Assembly (NCBI GenBank): GCA_002811645.1
Contig: PDIP01000032.1
Coordinates: forward strand, 339,213-403,212
Origin: Corallochytrium limacisporum Hawaii
Taxonomy: Eukaryota; Protista; Pluriformea
Length of the DNA stretch: 64,000 nucleotides
Reading direction: 5' to 3'
The notes under the pieces are model-generated. The model made no database searches. It was not told where the DNA came from and saw only the letters and a program-made list of their open reading frames with translations. A program made the position numbers and the translations under genes. Below, one piece after another: positions 58,629-64,000 of this stretch. Positions within the stretch are counted from its first letter, which is position 1; each line of letters begins with the position of its first letter.

Positions 58629-59084
58629 ATGTCCACGCCGGCACGTCGACGCCTTATGCGCGACTTTAAGCGCCTCCAGGAGGATCCCCCGGGTGGTGTG
58701 AGTGGTGCTCCTACCGATAACAATATTATGCTTTGGAATGCAGTGATCTTTGGACCACAGGACACACCCTTCGAAGACGGCACATTCAAACTTACACTGA
58801 AATTCACGGAAGACTATCCGAACAAGCCACCGACGGTCCGCTTTGTTAGTCGCATGTTTCATCCGAACGTATACGCAGACGGTGGCATCTGTCTTGATAT
58901 TCTGCAGAACCGGTGGAGTCCAACCTACGATGTCGCTGCCATTCTGACATCTATCCAAAGTCTGCTTGACGAACCGAATCCGAACAGTCCTGCCAATGCC
59001 ACCGCGGCACAATTGTACCAGGAAAACAAGCGCGAGTACGAGAAAAAGGTACGGGCCATTGTCGAGCAGAGCTGGATGGAATAA
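58629..59084 (+). CDS. RAD6: Ubiquitin-conjugating enzyme E2 Rad6/UBE2A
   Basis: [21 protein letters not shown] and [26 protein letters not shown]; 151 aa with no acidic tail. Confidence 0.98.
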   Translation: MSTPARRRLMRDFKRLQEDPPGGVSGAPTDNNIMLWNAVIFGPQDTPFEDGTFKLTLKFTEDYPNKPPTVRFVSRMFHPNVYADGGICLDILQNRWSPTYDVAAILTSIQSLLDEPNPNSPANATAAQLYQENKREYEKKVRAIVEQSWME

Positions 59085-59311
59085 GAAGGAGAAAGTAGTT
59101 TGGTCGTCAACTTTGGGAATCATATTTCAATCGGATTTTCATGTAGAATTTGTTGAGATCATCATTCATCATTTCCTCTCATTATACACAAGAACTATCG
59201 TGAACATGATCGCAAAATGAGGTTAGCTAACAGATTTTCTTTACTAGATGTTGGTCTTGTGTGTTTCTTTATCATGTGGAGCAAGACGGTGTTGACGATT
59301 GCGGGCGTATA

Positions 59312-61345
59312 TCATGTCTTCTTACGCTTGGCCGGTGGCAGCGACTCCTTGGCAAGGATGTAGAGATCCTCAGCCGCGGACTTCCACCGCTGAGCATTGC
59401 GCTTAGACTCTGCCAGCTCGGCGCGCAGTTGTGCCACTTCACTACCACCGAACTCTTCATCGAGGCGGCTGCCATAAGCTCGGCACAGAGATTCGCGGCG
59501 ATGATTTAGCGCATCATTGATATCCTCAACGTCCACGTCCTCGCCGTCGACCTCTTCGAGCGACCTGCCTTGTGTCATGCCACCTGGTTCCCACCAGTGC
59601 AGTCGGGACGTGAACCACCGCTTGATACCTCCTGGGACTACATCATTTGTCTCTCGGAGGCCAGGAGGCCCCGGCAGGATCTTGATCGGGCCCTTTGCTG
59701 TAACCTTGCCATCTTCGCCAGTGAGTACAGTCGCATGTCTTTGCAACATCATGGGTTTGTAGTTCGCGGAAGAAGCCACCTCAGCAATCGGCAAGGGCAT
59801 CAAGAAGTCAGTGACACCACTGCCGGCCAAAGGTTTCGAGGATCGCAGCCTCTGGCCGGATGAAATATCCCAGAGATGCACAGCATTGTCTTCGCCCCCA
59901 GTGAGTAGTTGGCGGCCGTTGCTCAGAAAACGAAGAACATTGATTTTGCCTTCATGGGCTTCTCTGATTCTACGCCAGCGCAACAGTGAGGATAAGTCCA
60001 ATTCAACCTCTTGGTGCTGTCCGATCTTGCGTTTTGCCTCTTCATCCTCGTCGTCGCTTTCTTCGCGTTGATCGTGGTCGCGGTCACGGTTCTGAGCTAG
60101 GTCAGCTAGACCGACCCGAGGGACCAGCTCGACCAGCAGCAGTGATCCGTGCAGGGTGCCCACGGCCGCCATGGTAGTCATTGCATCCAAACTGAGGCAA
60201 GTTGGAGCCTCTTTCAGCAGAACGTTATGATCTGAAGTCAGGTTTGCGACAGCAGTAGCGTCATCATCCATGGTGGGCATGTTGCTCATGCCTCTGGTAG
60301 TACTAGAGTCTGTACTGCCAGGGTATTGCCAGACCCTAAGTGAACGATCACTACTAACAGAGTAGAGGGTGACCCGTCCGGATCCACATCCGCTGGTGGA
60401 AGTGAAAGCGAGGCCTGTGATTGGCAGCGTGTGCTCCAGAGCTGACGCAATCGGGCTTACTGCTGTGGTCGGGGGCACCGAGGTGTCCGTGAGGTCCACC
60501 AAGCGCCAGAAATGGATTGCCGCATCATCACCACCGGTCGCAACGATGCCCAACGCGGAACAAACGGCCACGGACCTCACAGGCCGAAAATGTGCCGACT
60601 GACTTCGCAAGAGTTCACCTCCCGGACAGCTCCACACCGCAATTTTGCCGCTTCGCGTGCCAGCCACGATAAACCCACGGCCGTGACCAAGGGCATTATT
60701 GTTTGAACCTGCATTGGCATTACCGTCGTCTATGGCGGTCACAGTGACGCATTCAATAGCCTCCGGCAGTTGAAAGCGGACCGCTGGAGCACCAGCCTTC
60801 CATGCATTGATTGAAGAGACGGTTTTTCCGCCACGCACTGCAGCTGGACCCAACTCAGCGGTTGCTCTCGCTCCTGCTTTCCCACCCTTACGGCGTTTAC
60901 TGTCAAAGCCATCGCCACCAAGGCCCGTTGGCTGTGTTCGTGACGAAGCTTGAGGCGCCCAAACTTGCACCGTGGTGGATACCCCCGTACCAACAAGAGC
61001 AATCGAGCCGGAGTCCCACGCGAGGAGTCGACCTCCAGGTTTCTTCTGCTGCTGGTTGTCCGACCCATGTGCTTTAGCCGAGGTTAAAGACTTGCCTTTG
61101 TTTGTCTTAGTGTCTGTGTCTCCGTATCCTTTGCGTGTTTTATCTCCCTCTGTACCGCCACCGGCCAGAGACTTCTCAATGCTCAGTGATGGCAAGTCGT
61201 GGAACAGGACTGCGCCCGATGTGTATGCTACTGCAATTTTATGGTCCTCTAGTTGCCGCAGATAGTTTTTGTACAGCTGGTCAATGTCTGCAGAAGCTCG
61301 CACACCCTCAAGAAAAGCCTTTTCTAGGCGGTGAGCTCCTGTCAT
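59312..61345 (-). CDS. WDR18: WD40 protein WDR18/Ipi3 (rixosome subunit)
   Basis: SGKIAVW..GELL..AHFRPV, TGGDDAAIHFW, EHTLPIT, LYSVSSDRS and LLTGGED, plus a C-terminal coiled coil, which is the Ipi3 arrangement. Confidence 0.82.
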   Translation of the reverse strand: MTGAHRLEKAFLEGVRASADIDQLYKNYLRQLEDHKIAVAYTSGAVLFHDLPSLSIEKSLAGGGTEGDKTRKGYGDTDTKTNKGKSLTSAKAHGSDNQQQKKPGGRLLAWDSGSIALVGTGVSTTVQVWAPQASSRTQPTGLGGDGFDSKRRKGGKAGARATAELGPAAVRGGKTVSSINAWKAGAPAVRFQLPEAIECVTVTAIDDGNANAGSNNNALGHGRGFIVAGTRSGKIAVWSCPGGELLRSQSAHFRPVRSVAVCSALGIVATGGDDAAIHFWRLVDLTDTSVPPTTAVSPIASALEHTLPITGLAFTSTSGCGSGRVTLYSVSSDRSLRVWQYPGSTDSSTTRGMSNMPTMDDDATAVANLTSDHNVLLKEAPTCLSLDAMTTMAAVGTLHGSLLLVELVPRVGLADLAQNRDRDHDQREESDDEDEEAKRKIGQHQEVELDLSSLLRWRRIREAHEGKINVLRFLSNGRQLLTGGEDNAVHLWDISSGQRLRSSKPLAGSGVTDFLMPLPIAEVASSANYKPMMLQRHATVLTGEDGKVTAKGPIKILPGPPGLRETNDVVPGGIKRWFTSRLHWWEPGGMTQGRSLEEVDGEDVDVEDINDALNHRRESLCRAYGSRLDEEFGGSEVAQLRAELAESKRNAQRWKSAAEDLYILAKESLPPAKRKKT

Positions 61346-62130
61346 TTTCGAGAGCCTAAGGAAACTTTACTAGATTTCTACTATTCTCCCAAGATTTCCT
61401 CCCACATTATCCAGAGTATATGGCCGAACACACGGACGATTGACCGTGTCTGTATTCCTTTATTGTATTGTTTCACGCATGGTTCTTCCGACACTGGCTA
61501 AGTACCCTATATCCTGAACATTTGACCTAGTTCTCGCTCATTATCGGAATTGCACTCTCCTACCCGTGTGCATGTAACAGTGAAGCACCCAACGATTCCC
61601 CGCCACGCGGGTTTTTTCTGACAGCTCCGGCTTACTTTCTGCGAACTTCCAGGCCCCCCCCCTGGGGGGAGGGGCGGCGGCCGAACGGGAAGGGTAGGGA
61701 CCCCTGGGCCGGAGGGTCTCTTGGGTTCGGGGACGAGAAATCAAGTGCCAGCGTTTCACTTCCCTGACGCTGAGTATCGGGCTTGAGCATTTGCAACTTG
61801 TACTGGTAGACTGTGATGTCATCAGAGGTTTATCGCGCTAAGGACAAAACAAGGGCACTCTGGAATTCTTTTATGATTTTCGAAATCGTAGAAACAGTCA
61901 AGAAGACACTTGGTTGTATTCACGCTATGCTTTGGCGACACCAAGCACCACCTTGGTCTGGCCGGCGCCGATGGCAACCATGCTGCCAACTAGACAGTCT
62001 GGATATGTCTGATCTTTGAAATTCGGTACACTACCGTAGTTTGATGCTAAAATAGATAAATTTGTATGTGATGAATGGAGCACCATCGTAGTCTGGTAGA
62101 CAAAACATGTCAGAATGAGGCCCTGCGACG

Positions 62131-63300
62131 TCAACCGTAGACAAACTCCTCAGCGGGCACATCACCGTCAGCAATGGGATCAGAAGACACCCCATCGTGG
62201 GCAGCATCTTCCGCAGATATTTCATCGTTGGCAGCTTCCTCAGCGGGAGCGTCAGTGGTGGCATAAGGGTCCTCGTCTTCCTTGTCACTGTCCACGGATT
62301 TGACAGTGGCGCTGCCGTTGCCGTAGTATGACGTGCCAGTGGGAATGTTGGGGAAGACTGATGATTTGTAGCTCGGCGATTCAGCCCGTTCCGGTGAAGC
62401 AACTGTGCCAGGGAGGCGATTGCCCTCGCCCTCGTCTGCTGCGCCAGAGCCGCTACCACCACTCGCCGCCAACTGCCACGCTGGAATAGTTGGTGCTTTC
62501 CGTTCGGCAGCGGTTGGAGTGCTATTGGCACTGCCACTAGCGCTTCCAGTGCGAGGGAATGCTTTTCGGTTGAGAAGGAGGCTCTTAACACTGCCAATCT
62601 CGGATTTCAGTCCACCAATGCCCGAGGTGGAACCCTTCAGTGACTGAATGTCGTTGGTCAGGTCCCGCAATGCCTGGTCTCGCGTAGCGTTCTGTTCCTG
62701 CATCTCTTTAATGAGATCCAGGATGGCCTTGCTGTTCTGGTTGGACTGTTCCTTCAGCTCTGCAATTTCTTTCTTTAGGTCATTGATCTGTTCCTCATTG
62801 CTGAACAGCCTCTTGACATGAGGCCAGATAAAGTTGGAGAATCCATAAGCACCACCTCCTAGAACTGCAAAAATAATAAGATAATCGGTCCAGGTACGCT
62901 GACGAGGCGGCTCCTGAGGCTGCATGAACACCTGGGGCGGCGCCTGCTGCATGCCCGGGAATCCTTGCGGGACACTAGCGTTGTACGGAGCCTGAACCAT
63001 GGCCCCTCCGGACAGACCACTCGGGGCAGCCTCGCCCACGCGCTGAAAGGCAGTACTAATCTCTGCATCATTCAGACCCTTGTTGCGCAGAAAGTCCACG
63101 CGTTGTTGTGGTGTACTCTGTTTGACCTGATCGTTGCTGAGGAAGTTGACCGCATTGGCCACCATATCCTCACGGACCGTGCTCATGGCAGCGGGGTTGT
63201 TTGTGCCAGGAGCGAAAGTTACGTGCTTTACTTGCTTGTTATGAAGTTCTTGCCTCCGCTGTTGGAGCCTGGCCTGCAGATCCTTTTCCGCCGAACTCAT
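62131..63300 (-). CDS. PEX14: Peroxisomal membrane docking protein peroxin-14
   Basis: Pex14_N REDMVANAVNFL..V..RVDFLRNKGLNDAEI, TM segment WTDYLIIFAVLGG, coiled coil, LKSEIGSVKSLLLNR and IPAWQL. Confidence 0.96.
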   Translation of the reverse strand: MSSAEKDLQARLQQRRQELHNKQVKHVTFAPGTNNPAAMSTVREDMVANAVNFLSNDQVKQSTPQQRVDFLRNKGLNDAEISTAFQRVGEAAPSGLSGGAMVQAPYNASVPQGFPGMQQAPPQVFMQPQEPPRQRTWTDYLIIFAVLGGGAYGFSNFIWPHVKRLFSNEEQINDLKKEIAELKEQSNQNSKAILDLIKEMQEQNATRDQALRDLTNDIQSLKGSTSGIGGLKSEIGSVKSLLLNRKAFPRTGSASGSANSTPTAAERKAPTIPAWQLAASGGSGSGAADEGEGNRLPGTVASPERAESPSYKSSVFPNIPTGTSYYGNGSATVKSVDSDKEDEDPYATTDAPAEEAANDEISAEDAAHDGVSSDPIADGDVPAEEFVYG

Positions 63301-64000
63301 TGGGGATCAGTCTTCATGTTATCGTCCCACAATATTTACAGCGGTTCCACTCGCTTTGTTCGCTCGTAATGGGTTCTTCGTCATCTTTCAGTACTGTTTC
63401 CTAAATGAAAACATACTCTCAAGTACGTCAACGAATTGTTGCAACGGAAAATTAGTCTTCAAGACGAGGCTAACAGCCCCAATTCCACTGACTTGCCGTA
63501 GCATTCCGTTCCGCACTGGTATCCCGCCTGCTTTCACATCTCGTCCACGCAAGCCTCCCGTACTTCCGAGCCTGGGCTAGTCAGTCCCCTCGGCCTGTGG
63601 AACCCAAATGTGCAATTGCAAGCTTTCGTCTTTAAAGCAAAACGCCGCCTCGTCTCCCCTCAGCTACACTAGTCTTCTGGTTTCTCAGTCAGTGAACAAA
63701 GAGGTAGAGACTCCACAGTCCCATTCGCTGGAGGTGCGGGAGTATAGGCAGGTGCTAAATTTAAACTATGCATAAATATTTTTTAAATCTTTAAAATATT
63801 TGTTTCTGTGAATCAGAGTCTAAACATTTGTTTTAATCATACGGGGAATCATGAATGTGAACTCAAGACAGTCTTGTAACTGAGACGACTGTTTCTCAAA
63901 GTTTTGGTCGTATGATCGTTTACAAAGCTACTCTCCACTGCGAACAAAAAATTGAACTCAAGAACGAAAAAGTTTGTCCGAGTTTCTCGCTTTTGTTTTC

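Noticed and set aside
1-64000. tRNA, rRNA and snRNA genes
   Set aside because: GTTCGA-type hits (e.g. 7691, 58573) lack cloverleaf context, and I recognised no rRNA or U-snRNA signatures by eye. An Infernal/tRNAscan-SE run would be needed to exclude them.

Overview
Eukaryotic nuclear DNA with 17 protein-coding genes, none of which needs an intron inside its CDS: a 5'-truncated P5C dehydrogenase, an arrestin, a novel tandem zinc-finger/basic protein, NC2-alpha/DRAP1, MIOS/SEA4, PEX2, MDM10, a DUF389 membrane protein, a secreted C2+lipase, a CaaX protein, CSN1, an unknown GT-like protein, CARNMT1, a hinderin-like coiled-coil protein, RAD6, WDR18/IPI3 and PEX14. An animal-like RAD6 N-terminus together with a retained ERMES subunit (MDM10) and intron-free CDSs suggests an intron-poor unicellular opisthokont such as Corallochytrium; this is inference, not an identification. 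Most genes sit in tight convergent pairs. The long upstream regions are rich in homopolymers and microsatellites and repeatedly carry a conserved CCCC-T-C7-G(6+) quasi-palindrome. The best leads are this element, a 91-nt 5'-UTR intron whose donor is complementary to its own branch site, the duplicated zinc-finger/basic-helix protein, an arrestin mixing alpha and beta traits, a degenerate 153-bp tandem array, and a possible piggyBac relic across an assembly gap. I found no rRNA, tRNA or CRISPR. There are five N gaps (4532-4601, 6891-6977, 22807-23144, 24839-25229, 36864-37085). All family calls are by motif recognition without database searches.
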